Assembly: GCA_040386535.1 (NCBI GenBank)
Contig: JAZKFH010000003.1
Location: forward strand, 192,001 to 256,000
Direction of reading: 5' to 3'
Length of the DNA: 64,000 bases
Origin: Myxococcota bacterium
Lineage (GTDB): Bacteria; Myxococcota_A; UBA796; SXON01
The translations under genes and the position numbers were made by a program. The notes under the pieces were generated by a model. It did not search any database and was not told the DNA's origin. It was given only the letters and a program-made list of their open reading frames with translations. Positions 51,203-59,960 of this stretch are shown piece by piece (the stretch's first letter is position 1; each line of letters starts with the position of its first letter).

Positions 51203-52186
51203 CTACCGCGCCGTGAGCCAGCTCCGGAGCAGCGGCCAGGTGTGCGCGGGGGCGTGCCGGCCGAGCAGCAGGTCGAGGTGGCCCCAGTGGTGGCCGGTGC
51301 CGTAGTCGTCCATCAGGACCCAGGTGCGGTCGCGGCTGCCTGAGCGCTCGTACGCGGTGCGCGCATCTTCGGGGAGCATGAGGTGGTCGAGATCGCCGCC
51401 GATGACGAGCAGGGGGACGTCGGTCTTGCCCCAGGCGTCCACGTAGTCGAAGCGCCCGGTGGCGCCCCACCGCGCCATGTCGAACCAGACGTTCGCGCTG
51501 GTCCAGTCGAAACCGAGCTTGAGGCGCTCCCGGAGCAGATCCTCCTCCATGCTGCCGGGCGCCCAGCCGCTGATGGGGAACGCGTAGCCGGCGATGTCGG
51601 AGACGCTGTAGAGCTTCGCGAGGAGGCGGCCGGCGAGCTGGGTGCGGACGTTCAGGGCGCCGAGCATGTCGCGGCCCTGGACCTTGCCGGAGAACTGGCA
51701 GAGCAGCTTGAGCGCCCGGTTGGCCTGGGCGAACTGGAAGAGCGCGCCGATGCCGACGACGCCGCGCATCGGCGTTTCCGTGGCGCCCGCGTAGACCACC
51801 GCGCCGCCGAGCGAGTGGCCGATCCAGAACGCAGGCTCGCCGAGGACCGCGGCGACCCGCCCCACGTCGGCCACGTAGTCGGCGAACCGGGCGGAGCCGG
51901 CGGGCGAGCGGGAGTTGCCGTGGCCCGGGAGCTCGAGGTTGTAGACGTCGAACCCCTCGCCCGCGAGCCAGGCGGAGAGCGACCGCCGCGAGAGGTGCCA
52001 CGAGTAGCGGTTCTGGGCGAAGCCGTGCACGAGCACGACGCGCGGCCGCGCGATCCCGCCCGGCGCGGGCCCCACGAGCCGCTTCCGCACGATGGCGATG
52101 CGCTCGTCGACCAGCAGCCGCTCCTTGCGGAGGTGCACGCGCGCGCCGTCGTGGGTGAGCTGCTCCACGTCCTCGGTCGTGAGCAC
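51203..52186 (-). CDS. alpha/beta hydrolase
   Basis: LVHGFAQN, GHSLGG nucleophile elbow, GDLD, GHLD. Confidence 0.85.
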   Translation of the reverse strand: MLTTEDVEQLTHDGARVHLRKERLLVDERIAIVRKRLVGPAPGGIARPRVVLVHGFAQNRYSWHLSRRSLSAWLAGEGFDVYNLELPGHGNSRSPAGSARFADYVADVGRVAAVLGEPAFWIGHSLGGAVVYAGATETPMRGVVGIGALFQFAQANRALKLLCQFSGKVQGRDMLGALNVRTQLAGRLLAKLYSVSDIAGYAFPISGWAPGSMEEDLLRERLKLGFDWTSANVWFDMARWGATGRFDYVDAWGKTDVPLLVIGGDLDHLMLPEDARTAYERSGSRDRTWVLMDDYGTGHHWGHLDLLLGRHAPAHTWPLLRSWLTAR

Positions 52187-52274
52187 CTGGAGGCCCGCGA
52201 TCGGGGGGAACGCGCCGGGGTCGAGGCGGGCAGGGTCGACGGCCGTGGCGGGGCGCGCGGGGTTCAGCGGGACC

Positions 52275-53270
52275 TCATCCCGCCAACGTTCGCACGATCT
52301 CGTCCACGTTGTCGCGATCGCCGATGAACAGCGACGTGCGCTCGTGGATGCTGCCGGGCACCTTGTCGAGGATCGCCATGGTGCCGTCGCTGGCGGCGCC
52401 GCCGGCGTTCTCGACGAGGTACGCGAGGGGGAACGCCTCGTACAGCAGGCGCAGCTTGCCCTTGGGGGCCTTCTCGGTGGGCGGGTAGAGGAACACGCCG
52501 CCCTTGACGAGGTTGCGGTGGAAGTCGCCCACGAGCGAGCCGATGTAGCGGGCCGACCAGCCCAGCTTCGGCTCCTTCACGTCGGCGAGCCACGCGCGCA
52601 GGCGCGGGTCCCACTGGGCAGAGTAGGCCTCGTTGCAGGAGTAGGTGCGGGTCTTCTCGCCGAGCCGGATGTCGCTGTGCGAGAGGAAGAACTCGCCGAC
52701 GGTGGGATCGAGGGTGAAGCCCTGGACGCCCTCGCCCGTGGAGAGCACCAGGACCGTGCCCGCGCCGTACACGATGTAGCCGGCGGCCACGATGTCGCGG
52801 CCGGACCGCAGCACGTCCCCCGTGTCGCCCGGGCCGTCGCCCTCGGAGCGGCGGCGGAACACGCAGAAGATGGTCCCGATCGACGCGTTGGTGTCGATGT
52901 TGGAGGAGCCGTCCAACGGGTCCATGCAGAAGATGTAGTTGCCGTGGCGGAAGCGCTCGGGGACGAAGATGGGCTCCTCTTCCTCTTCCGACACGATCAT
53001 GCAGACCACGCCGGCGTGCTCGAGCGCGCGCTTGAAGGTCTCGTTTGCGTACAGATCCATCTTCTGGACGTACTCGCCCTGGATGTTCATCGAGCCGGTG
53101 GCGCCGAACATGTCGGCGAGCCCGGCGCGGCTGACGCGCGCGCTCACGAGCTTGCCGGCGAGCGCCACCTGCTTGAGCAGCGTGACGAACTGGCCGCTCG
53201 CCTCGGGGTGCTCCCGCGTGGTCTCCATGAGGAAGCGATCGAGGGTGGTGCCTTCTTCGAACTGGGCCAT
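52275..53270 (-). CDS. fbp: fructose-1,6-bisphosphatase class 1
   Basis: NIQGE.VQKMD, SEE, DPLDGSSNID, RYIGSLVGDFHR, KLRLLYE. Confidence 0.96.
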   Translation of the reverse strand: MAQFEEGTTLDRFLMETTREHPEASGQFVTLLKQVALAGKLVSARVSRAGLADMFGATGSMNIQGEYVQKMDLYANETFKRALEHAGVVCMIVSEEEEEPIFVPERFRHGNYIFCMDPLDGSSNIDTNASIGTIFCVFRRRSEGDGPGDTGDVLRSGRDIVAAGYIVYGAGTVLVLSTGEGVQGFTLDPTVGEFFLSHSDIRLGEKTRTYSCNEAYSAQWDPRLRAWLADVKEPKLGWSARYIGSLVGDFHRNLVKGGVFLYPPTEKAPKGKLRLLYEAFPLAYLVENAGGAASDGTMAILDKVPGSIHERTSLFIGDRDNVDEIVRTLAG

Positions 53271-53424
53271 GGCGAGAGCTCCGGCGCCGAAGTCTAAGCC
53301 CGCGCGACGGCTCGCGCCGGGACCGAAGGCTCAAGAAGGGCACGCGGCTGCTCACGGCCGTGGTCGGTGTCGCCTCCCGGCAGGGAGGCGGCGCCGGGAC
53401 CCGCGGCCAGCGCTGCTCGAGACC

Positions 53425-54834
53425 CTACCCTCCGTTGGGGAGGGCGCGGCTCAACACCATCGGCAGCCCGCCCTTCGGCCGCACGGTGAACAGCGCCTCG
53501 GGGATCACCGTGTGTCCCGGCGCTACCGACGCGGACCACCGGCGCGCGAGCGTCGCGAGGAGCAGGGTGCCCTCCATCCAGGCGAACGCCTCGCCGATGC
53601 AGACGCGGGCGCCGCCGCCGAAGGGGAAGAACGCGAACTTGGGGCGGGTGGCCTTGGCCTCGGCTGTCCACCGCTCGGGGCGGAAGGCCTCGGGATCGTC
53701 CCAGAAACGCGCGTCGTGATGGCAGGACCACGCGGCACACATGACGATGGCGCCCTTGGGGACGGTGTACCCGGCGAGGACCACGGGTTTGACGGCCTGT
53801 CGGGGGAGCGCGGTCGCGGACGGGTAGAGGCGGAGGGCCTCGCCGAACACGTTGCGGGCGTACTCGAGCTTGGGGAAGTCGTGGACGGTCGGGTCACGGT
53901 CGCCCAATACGGCGTCGAGCTCGGCGCGCAACTTCGTCGCGACCTCGGGGTGCTCGGCGAGGAGCGCCCAGGCCCAGGCGAGCGTGGCGCCGGTGGTCTC
54001 GTGGCCGGCGACGAGGAGCGTGATCGCCTCGTCGTGGACGTACTCGTCGTCCATGCCGCCGCCCCCGGAGCCGGCGGTACCGTCCCCCTCGTCGCGCGCG
54101 AACACGAGCATCGAGAGGATGTCCCCCGTGTCGCCGCCCTCGCGCCGGGACTTGATCATGCGGTCGACCACGAGGCCGAGCTTCTTCTTGGCCGCCTTGA
54201 AGCTGCGCGTGGCCTCGGTCGGGAGCGCCTGGAGGAGCGGCCCCATCGGGTGCGTGCTCTGGTGGTACCAGTGGGTGAAGGCGCCCATCGCCTCCGCGAC
54301 GTCGTTGGCCTCGGTGTCGGTGATGCCCGCGCCGAACAACGTGCGCGCCGCGACGGTGAGGGTGAGGCGGTTCATCTCCTTGTCCATGTCGACCCGCGCG
54401 CCGTCGGCCCAGGTGGCGGAGACGCGCTTCGCCTCCTCCAGCATCACCTCGCCGTAGCCGGCCACGCGCTGCCGATGGAACGCGGGCGCCATCATGCGGC
54501 GCTGGCGGCGATGCGACGCGCCCTCGTTGAGCAGCAGGCCCTTGCCGACGAGGGGCCGGAAGCCGTCGAGCGCCATGCCCTTGATGAAGGCGCCCTCGGG
54601 GTCGACGAAGACGGTGCGGATGTCGTCCGGGTGGGACACCAGGTAGACCGGGAGGTGGAAGAAGCGGAACCGCGCGATGTCGCCGAACTCGCGGACCACA
54701 CGCATCTGGAACGCGACGGGATCCTCGTGGAACTCCCACAAGTTGCCGTAGATGGGGTGCCCCTTGGGACCGGGCGGGCGCGCGCTCGGCGGGTGGACCG
54801 GCGCGGCGGGCGGGACGAGGGCGGTCTCGGACAT
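53425..54834 (-). CDS. cytochrome P450
   Basis: AGHETT, EALRLYP, FRPERW, FPFGGGARVCIG heme motif. Confidence 0.95.
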   Translation of the reverse strand: MSETALVPPAAPVHPPSARPPGPKGHPIYGNLWEFHEDPVAFQMRVVREFGDIARFRFFHLPVYLVSHPDDIRTVFVDPEGAFIKGMALDGFRPLVGKGLLLNEGASHRRQRRMMAPAFHRQRVAGYGEVMLEEAKRVSATWADGARVDMDKEMNRLTLTVAARTLFGAGITDTEANDVAEAMGAFTHWYHQSTHPMGPLLQALPTEATRSFKAAKKKLGLVVDRMIKSRREGGDTGDILSMLVFARDEGDGTAGSGGGGMDDEYVHDEAITLLVAGHETTGATLAWAWALLAEHPEVATKLRAELDAVLGDRDPTVHDFPKLEYARNVFGEALRLYPSATALPRQAVKPVVLAGYTVPKGAIVMCAAWSCHHDARFWDDPEAFRPERWTAEAKATRPKFAFFPFGGGARVCIGEAFAWMEGTLLLATLARRWSASVAPGHTVIPEALFTVRPKGGLPMVLSRALPNGG

Positions 54835-54854
54835 GGAACCTCCGGGCGGGCGCG

Positions 54855-54913
54855 AACGAGAGTAACTGCTCGCGTTTCTACCTCCGCCGCGAGACGCGAG
54901 CAAGTGCTCGTGT
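54855..54913. promoter_or_regulatory. two related imperfect palindromes, putative TetR operators
   Basis: AACGAGAGTAACTGCTCGCGTT (54855-54876) and ACGCGAGCAAGTGCTCGTGT (54894-54913) between divergent P450 and TetR genes. Confidence 0.6.
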
Positions 54914-54925
54914 AATGATCGTGGC

Positions 54926-55585
54926 ATGTCGGAGATCCCCGCTTCCCCCACACCCGCCCCCCCGTCGCGGCGCAGCCCCGTGCAGGCCCGCAGCCGCGCC
55001 CGCGTGGACGCCATCCTCGACGCCGCCGACGCCGTGTTCCTGGAGAAGGGGTACGCGGCGACGACGACGAACCACGTGGCGGCGCGCGCGGGGACGTCCA
55101 TCGGATCATTGTACCGCTTCTTCCCTGACAAGGAGGCGATCCTCGTCGCGCTCGCGGAGCGTTACGGCGCGCGGATGCGGGCCATCGCGGTCACGGTCAC
55201 CGCGCCGGATACGCGCGGGCAGACCCTCGCCAGCCGCGTCGCGACCGGGATCGACTCGTTCAACGCGTTCCTGGTCGCCTCGCCCGGCTTCCGCACGCTC
55301 ATCGACGAGGCGCGCAACCCGGCCCTGCGCGCGGGGCGCCGCTCCCACGAGGCCGCCATGGCCGCGCTCATGGGGGCGAGCCAGTCGCGGATGACGCCAG
55401 AGATGCCGCCCGGGGAGCTCGAGGCGGTCGTGGAGGTGACACAGGTGGTGCTCGGCGCGCTCCAGGCGCTCTCGGTGAGCCGGGACGAGGCGTTCCGGGC
55501 CGTGGTGGTGGCCGAGGCGAAACGGATGGTGACGGGGTACCTGGCGCGGCGGATGGGGATCGCGGAGGACGCGCCGCTCGGCTGA
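54926..55585 (+). CDS. TetR/AcrR family regulator
   Basis: PVQARSR, ILDAA, TTNHVAARAGTSIGSLYRFFPDK HTH. Confidence 0.93.
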   Translation: MSEIPASPTPAPPSRRSPVQARSRARVDAILDAADAVFLEKGYAATTTNHVAARAGTSIGSLYRFFPDKEAILVALAERYGARMRAIAVTVTAPDTRGQTLASRVATGIDSFNAFLVASPGFRTLIDEARNPALRAGRRSHEAAMAALMGASQSRMTPEMPPGELEAVVEVTQVVLGALQALSVSRDEAFRAVVVAEAKRMVTGYLARRMGIAEDAPLG

Positions 55586-55638
55586 CGCCCTCCGCTGGTT
55601 GAACGCCTATTTCGTATCGGTCACATCATGCCCGTCGT

Positions 55639-56766
55639 TCAGGCCCCGCGCCACACCAGCCGCGGGCGCAGCTTCCGTACCACCCGCACGAGCGGGCGTT
55701 GGGCGCGCATCACGGCCTCGATGTCCTTGTAGGCGCCCGGGGCCTCCTCGCGCAGATCCCCCGCGGGAACGTAGACGCCACGCACCTGCGCACGGAGCGC
55801 CGTCGCCGTGACCCGCGCGCGCGCCTCGCTCCGGCTCATTTCTCGCCCGGCGCCGTGGCTGGACGAACACAACGCCTCGACACACCCGCGCCCCTCGACC
55901 TGGAACGTGGGCGACCCCATCGAGCCGGGGACGACCCCCAATTCCCCCGCGTGCGCCGGGCACGCGCCCTTGCGATGCACCCAGAGCGCCTCCGCCCCGA
56001 TGATCTCGTGGCGGACGTGGTTGTGGGCGGTGTCCACCTGGCTCTCCAGGGCGGGGACGAGCCCCAACACCGCCTCCACGACGGCGCACGCGGCAGCGAG
56101 CATGGCCGCACGGCTCGCCTCGGCCCACGCCACGAGGACGCCCACGTCCGCGAGGTAGGCGCGCCCCGCGGGGCTGTCGAGCGCGAGCGCGGCGAGGCCG
56201 GAGACGTCACGCGCGCCGAGGGCCGCGAAGTGATCGCGCACGGCCGGCCCCAACGCGCGGGACCCGCTGTGCACGAGCAGCCACGCGGCCCCGGCGTCGT
56301 CCTCCTGGAGCTCCAGGAAGTGGTTGCCACGGCCGAGCGTGCCGAGCTCCCACGCGCCGTCCCGGCGGAGGCGGTTGGTCAGGAAATCGGACGCGCCGGG
56401 CAGGTCGGGTGGCGCCGGGCGTAGACCCGACCACCGCTGGATGGGCACGCCGCGCTCCAGGCCGCGCAGGATGCGGGCGGCGGCGCGATCGTCGAGGCGG
56501 TCGAGCGCGCCGGCCCCGCGCGGATCGTCGAGCCGCACGGTGGAGACGCCACAGCCGATGTCGCCACCCACGGCCTCCGGGAACAAGGTGTCCCGCGTGG
56601 CGACGACCGTGCCGACACACACCCCCTCGGCGAGGTGCACGTCGGGCATCACCGCGATGCGCGCGACTGCGGGGCTCGCGCGGAGCCGCGCCATCACGAG
56701 GTCGACGCCGGGCGGGAGCGGCCCGGCGAGCCACGAGTGGAGGGGCGCGTCGTGAGTGGGGCTCAT
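55639..56766 (-). CDS. rtcB: RtcB-family RNA ligase (short, 375 aa)
   Basis: MPDVH, GGDIGCG, GTLGRGNHFLE, VHSGSR, HN, HRKGA, PGSMG, SSHGAGR, EEAPGAYKDI all present. Confidence 0.92.
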   Translation of the reverse strand: MSPTHDAPLHSWLAGPLPPGVDLVMARLRASPAVARIAVMPDVHLAEGVCVGTVVATRDTLFPEAVGGDIGCGVSTVRLDDPRGAGALDRLDDRAAARILRGLERGVPIQRWSGLRPAPPDLPGASDFLTNRLRRDGAWELGTLGRGNHFLELQEDDAGAAWLLVHSGSRALGPAVRDHFAALGARDVSGLAALALDSPAGRAYLADVGVLVAWAEASRAAMLAAACAVVEAVLGLVPALESQVDTAHNHVRHEIIGAEALWVHRKGACPAHAGELGVVPGSMGSPTFQVEGRGCVEALCSSSHGAGREMSRSEARARVTATALRAQVRGVYVPAGDLREEAPGAYKDIEAVMRAQRPLVRVVRKLRPRLVWRGA

Positions 56767-57167
56767 CGCGCCTCCTCCTCGTCGGGCTGCCCGATCTCGA
56801 AGAGGAGCTCGGGCGTGCGTTTGCCCCCCACGAACGTGGCGACCTCGCTCCGGAGCCATCCGCGCGCGCGGCTGACGTGGGCGAGGAGCACCTCCGGCGG
56901 CACGTCCACGCCGGGGAGCGGCGCGAGCCGGACGCGGAGGTTTCCGGTGGGATCGGCGGTGACCTGGACGACGAAGAGGAGCCGCAGGAGCGGATCCTCG
57001 GCGGCCGGGAGGGTGACGGAGAGGAGGCGGGCTACCTGGCCGCAGTGCCGGCGGAACCGGCGGGGATCGGGGGGACGATGGTCCCGGGGCGGCACGACGC
57101 CGTCCTCGGGATCGATCTCGCTACACAGCTGCTTCATCTGTTCGAGCAGCTCGCGGGAGAGGGGCAT
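56763..57167 (-). CDS. RbfA-like (KH-fold) protein
   Basis: DPLL...VVQVTAD...LRV, ARGWLRSEVA...KRTPELLFE resembles RbfA DPR..V..V....D...A.V, A.G.lR..l......PEL.F; 4-nt overlap with rtcB. Confidence 0.65.
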   Translation of the reverse strand: MPLSRELLEQMKQLCSEIDPEDGVVPPRDHRPPDPRRFRRHCGQVARLLSVTLPAAEDPLLRLLFVVQVTADPTGNLRVRLAPLPGVDVPPEVLLAHVSRARGWLRSEVATFVGGKRTPELLFEIGQPDEEEAR

Positions 57168-57476
57168 TTGAACTCGGGTACTGGATTGGGTGACAGGCGT
57201 CGCAAGCCCCACATGATTGTGGACGGCGCGGGCAGACGAGGGTTGGGAGACCCGTGGCACGTTTCGTTGGAAACGCAGGCACAGGCCGGTACCGGCCGCT
57301 CCGAAACCCCTGCGGGGATCCGGCACGGCGGCCCGCGCACGCGTCGACACCGCCGCTCTCCCTGGCGAGGGACAGCGGCGTGGACACAGCTACAGCGGGC
57401 CGCGTGGACGCGGCACTTCCGCTAGGTTGCGGAGCTCGGGGAGATGTGGAAGCGCCTGGCCGGAGCGGTCAGCGGG
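57168..57476 (-). ncRNA. candidate structured leader/attenuator RNA of the rbfA-like-rtcB operon
   Basis: Hairpins at 57328-57403, 57301-57323, 57260-57275, 57209-57222, palindrome 57284-57297, competing stem 57399-57414. Confidence 0.45.
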
Positions 57477-57503
57477 TCAGGCGCGGGCGTGAATGGGGCG
57501 CAT
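57477..57503 (-). CDS. putative 8-aa leader peptide MRPIHARA
   Basis: AGGGAGGT SD 4 nt upstream of ATG CGC CCC ATT CAC GCC CGC GCC TGA. Confidence 0.45.
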   Translation of the reverse strand: MRPIHARA

Positions 57504-57651
57504 GGGAACCTCCCTGCGAACGCGGCTCCCTGGAACGGATCCAGCGAGGCGGGCTGCTCGATGCGGCTAAGCGCCCGCGCGCGGCCCGGCAAGGCGGGAC
57601 GCACTCTCCTGCCCAGGCTACAGGGCCCCCTCTGCCTATTAGGAGCCCCCC

Positions 57652-58413
57652 GTGCCCCCTTCCGCGCCCGTCGACACCCAGGTCCGCGACCACTTCACCG
57701 CCCGGGCCGCGCGCTACAACGTGTCGAGCCACTGGGTGACCGACCCGGCGCTCGGCGCGCTGACCGTAGAGCTGCTCGCCCCGCGGCCGACCGACGTGCT
57801 GCTCGACGTCGCCTGTGGCACCGGGCTCGTGTCCAAGGAATTCGTCGGCAAGGTGGCCCGCATCGTGGGCGTCGACATCACCGAGGCCATGTTCGACCAG
57901 GCGCGCCCCTACGTGGACGAGCTGGTCGTGGGCGCGGGCGAGTCCCTTCCCTTCCCCGACGCGAGCTTCGACCGCGTGGTGTGCCGCCAGGGCATCCAGT
58001 TCATGCGCGACGGCGAGGCCGTGCGCGAGATGCTCCGCGTGCTCAAGCCCGGCGGCCGCGTGTGCCTGGTGCACCTGTGCGCGTACGGCGAGGCCGACCG
58101 CCCCGAGTACTTCGAGAGCCTGCGGCTGCGCAACGAGGCGCGTCGCAACTTCTACGTCCGCGAGGACCTCTCACGCCTCCTGACCGACGCCGGCGCCGTG
58201 AACGTGGTGGTCCACGATTACGTGTCCGTCGAGGACGTCGACGTGTGGTCCAACACCGGCGCCATCACGGACGAGGCCCGCGAGGGCATCCGCAACGTGT
58301 ACCGCAACGCCTCACCCGCGTTCCAGGAGCTCCACGCCGTGCAGGTGGGCGACCGCATCGTGGACCACATGTTGTTCGGCGTGGCGGTCGGCGAGAAGCG
58401 CGCGGCTGGCTGA
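57652..58413 (+). CDS. class I SAM-dependent methyltransferase
   Basis: LLDVACGTG, GVDIT..M, LPFPDASFD, RVLKPGG; AGGAG RBS. Confidence 0.9.
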   Translation: MPPSAPVDTQVRDHFTARAARYNVSSHWVTDPALGALTVELLAPRPTDVLLDVACGTGLVSKEFVGKVARIVGVDITEAMFDQARPYVDELVVGAGESLPFPDASFDRVVCRQGIQFMRDGEAVREMLRVLKPGGRVCLVHLCAYGEADRPEYFESLRLRNEARRNFYVREDLSRLLTDAGAVNVVVHDYVSVEDVDVWSNTGAITDEAREGIRNVYRNASPAFQELHAVQVGDRIVDHMLFGVAVGEKRAAG

Positions 58414-58446
58414 AGTGGGCGCGGAGATGCGGTAGAGTTGCGAGTG

Positions 58447-59010
58447 ATGCTGCTCCTCGCGCTCCCATGTGTCCTCGCAAGCGCCCGCGCCGCCGACCCT
58501 GCTGCCGACGACGACGACGACGGCCCCTCGCTCGTGATCGGGGTGGCGGTCCACGCGTTCCAGTACCCGCTCCTGTACGAAGGCATCCCCATCCGCACCG
58601 GCATCGGCCTCGACTACGGGCTTCGTCTGCCCGCAGGCCTCGAGGTCGGCGCGTCCGTGCGGCTGGTCGTGCCCGCCGAGGCCGAGCCGAGCTGGGCGCT
58701 TGAAGGCGCCATGCGCGTCGAGCTCGTCGGGACGATCGGGCGCTGGCGGCCCGCGTCCGGAATCGAGCTCGGCGCCTCCACGCGGTCGCGCTCCGAGGTG
58801 CTGGAGGCCGAGCGCCCGCCCGGGTCCTACTTTGCCGATCTCGGCACGCCCGAGCCGGTGTGGCTCGACGTCACCGCGACCCCCGCGCGCTTCCGGTTCG
58901 GGGCCTGGGAGGTCGGCGTGGCGCGCCTCGGTGTCGGGGTGTCCCTGCTCACGCCCGGCATGTCCGGGCGCTGGCGCGCCGATCTCGTGACCCTCGCCCG
59001 GGTGCTCTGA
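58447..59010 (+). CDS. secreted beta-strand-rich protein (possible outer-membrane barrel)
   Basis: Short signal peptide, alternating hydrophobic beta pattern; similar to 59957-60445. Confidence 0.6.
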   Translation: MLLLALPCVLASARAADPAADDDDDGPSLVIGVAVHAFQYPLLYEGIPIRTGIGLDYGLRLPAGLEVGASVRLVVPAEAEPSWALEGAMRVELVGTIGRWRPASGIELGASTRSRSEVLEAERPPGSYFADLGTPEPVWLDVTATPARFRFGAWEVGVARLGVGVSLLTPGMSGRWRADLVTLARVL

Positions 59011-59960
59011 TGCTGCTCCTCCTGGCCTGCACCGCCACGCCGACCTTCACCGAGGCCCAACGCTCCGCGGGCGTGGAGGCGGCCGGAAACGTCGAAGGGG
59101 ACCGGCTCATGTTCCACGTCGCGAACCTCGTCACGACGCGCTCGGAAGAGGAGCCCTACTTTCCCCCCGAGGCGCGCTACGAAGGCATGCCGTTCACGCA
59201 CCTGAACTCGGCCGACTACGTCGCCGCAGCGCTCGAAGGCGCGAACCTCACGCCCTCGATCGAGACGGGCGGCCTCGAGGGGCGCGAGACCCACACCGTG
59301 CTGGCCGACATCCCCGGCGGCTCCAACGCCGACGAGATCGTGCTCGTGTCCGCGCACCACGACGCATGGTTCTTCGGCGCCGACGACAACGCCACCGGGG
59401 TGGCGGTCATCCTCGAAGTAGCGCGGGTGCTGGCGTACTCGGAGCCCGACCGCACGATCCGCATCGTGTCGTTCGACCGGGAGGAGGAGGGCCTCGTCGG
59501 CGCCGCCGAATACGCGTCGGCGCACGACGGCTTCTACCGAATCGTCAACCTCGACAGCGTTGGCTACACGGACTCGGCGCCCGGCTCGCAGACCTCGATT
59601 CTCGGCCTCGACGCGCCGGACACCGGGGATTTTCTCGCGGTGATCGCCCCCGAGATGGCGCAGGACGACCTGCTCGCCAGCCTCGCGCTGGCCGCGGAGC
59701 TCCCCTCCCCGATGAAGACCGCCGGCGTGCTCTCCAACGGAAACGCGCACTCCGCGCTCACGACGGATCTATTGCGGAGCGACCACGCGCCGTTCTGGGC
59801 GATGGGCGTGCCCGGCCTGTTCTTCACCGACACCACCCAATTCCGGAACCCGAAGTACCACACCGAGGAGGACACGATCGACACGCTCGATCCGGTGTTC
59901 CTTGCCCAGGTCGGGGCGTTCACGGCGGCGGTCGTGGCGGCCTACGCGGAGGCCGAGTGA
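59010..59960 (+). CDS. M28 family peptidase lipoprotein
   Basis: SAHHD, GADDNATG, FDREEEGLVG, NLDSVG, RSDHAPF, YHTEEDT. Confidence 0.9.
   Translation: MLLLLACTATPTFTEAQRSAGVEAAGNVEGDRLMFHVANLVTTRSEEEPYFPPEARYEGMPFTHLNSADYVAAALEGANLTPSIETGGLEGRETHTVLADIPGGSNADEIVLVSAHHDAWFFGADDNATGVAVILEVARVLAYSEPDRTIRIVSFDREEEGLVGAAEYASAHDGFYRIVNLDSVGYTDSAPGSQTSILGLDAPDTGDFLAVIAPEMAQDDLLASLALAAELPSPMKTAGVLSNGNAHSALTTDLLRSDHAPFWAMGVPGLFFTDTTQFRNPKYHTEEDTIDTLDPVFLAQVGAFTAAVVAAYAEAE

Noticed and set aside
57255..57270. TGGCACG...TTGG resembling a sigma54 promoter (as in rtcBA)
   Set aside because: Wrong strand for rtcB, wrong spacing, no conserved -12 GC, and no RtcR nearby
57121..57387. 88-aa ORF containing CDACH (CxxCH heme motif)
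   Set aside because: No signal peptide or RBS, overlaps the RbfA-like gene and the hairpin region; likely chance
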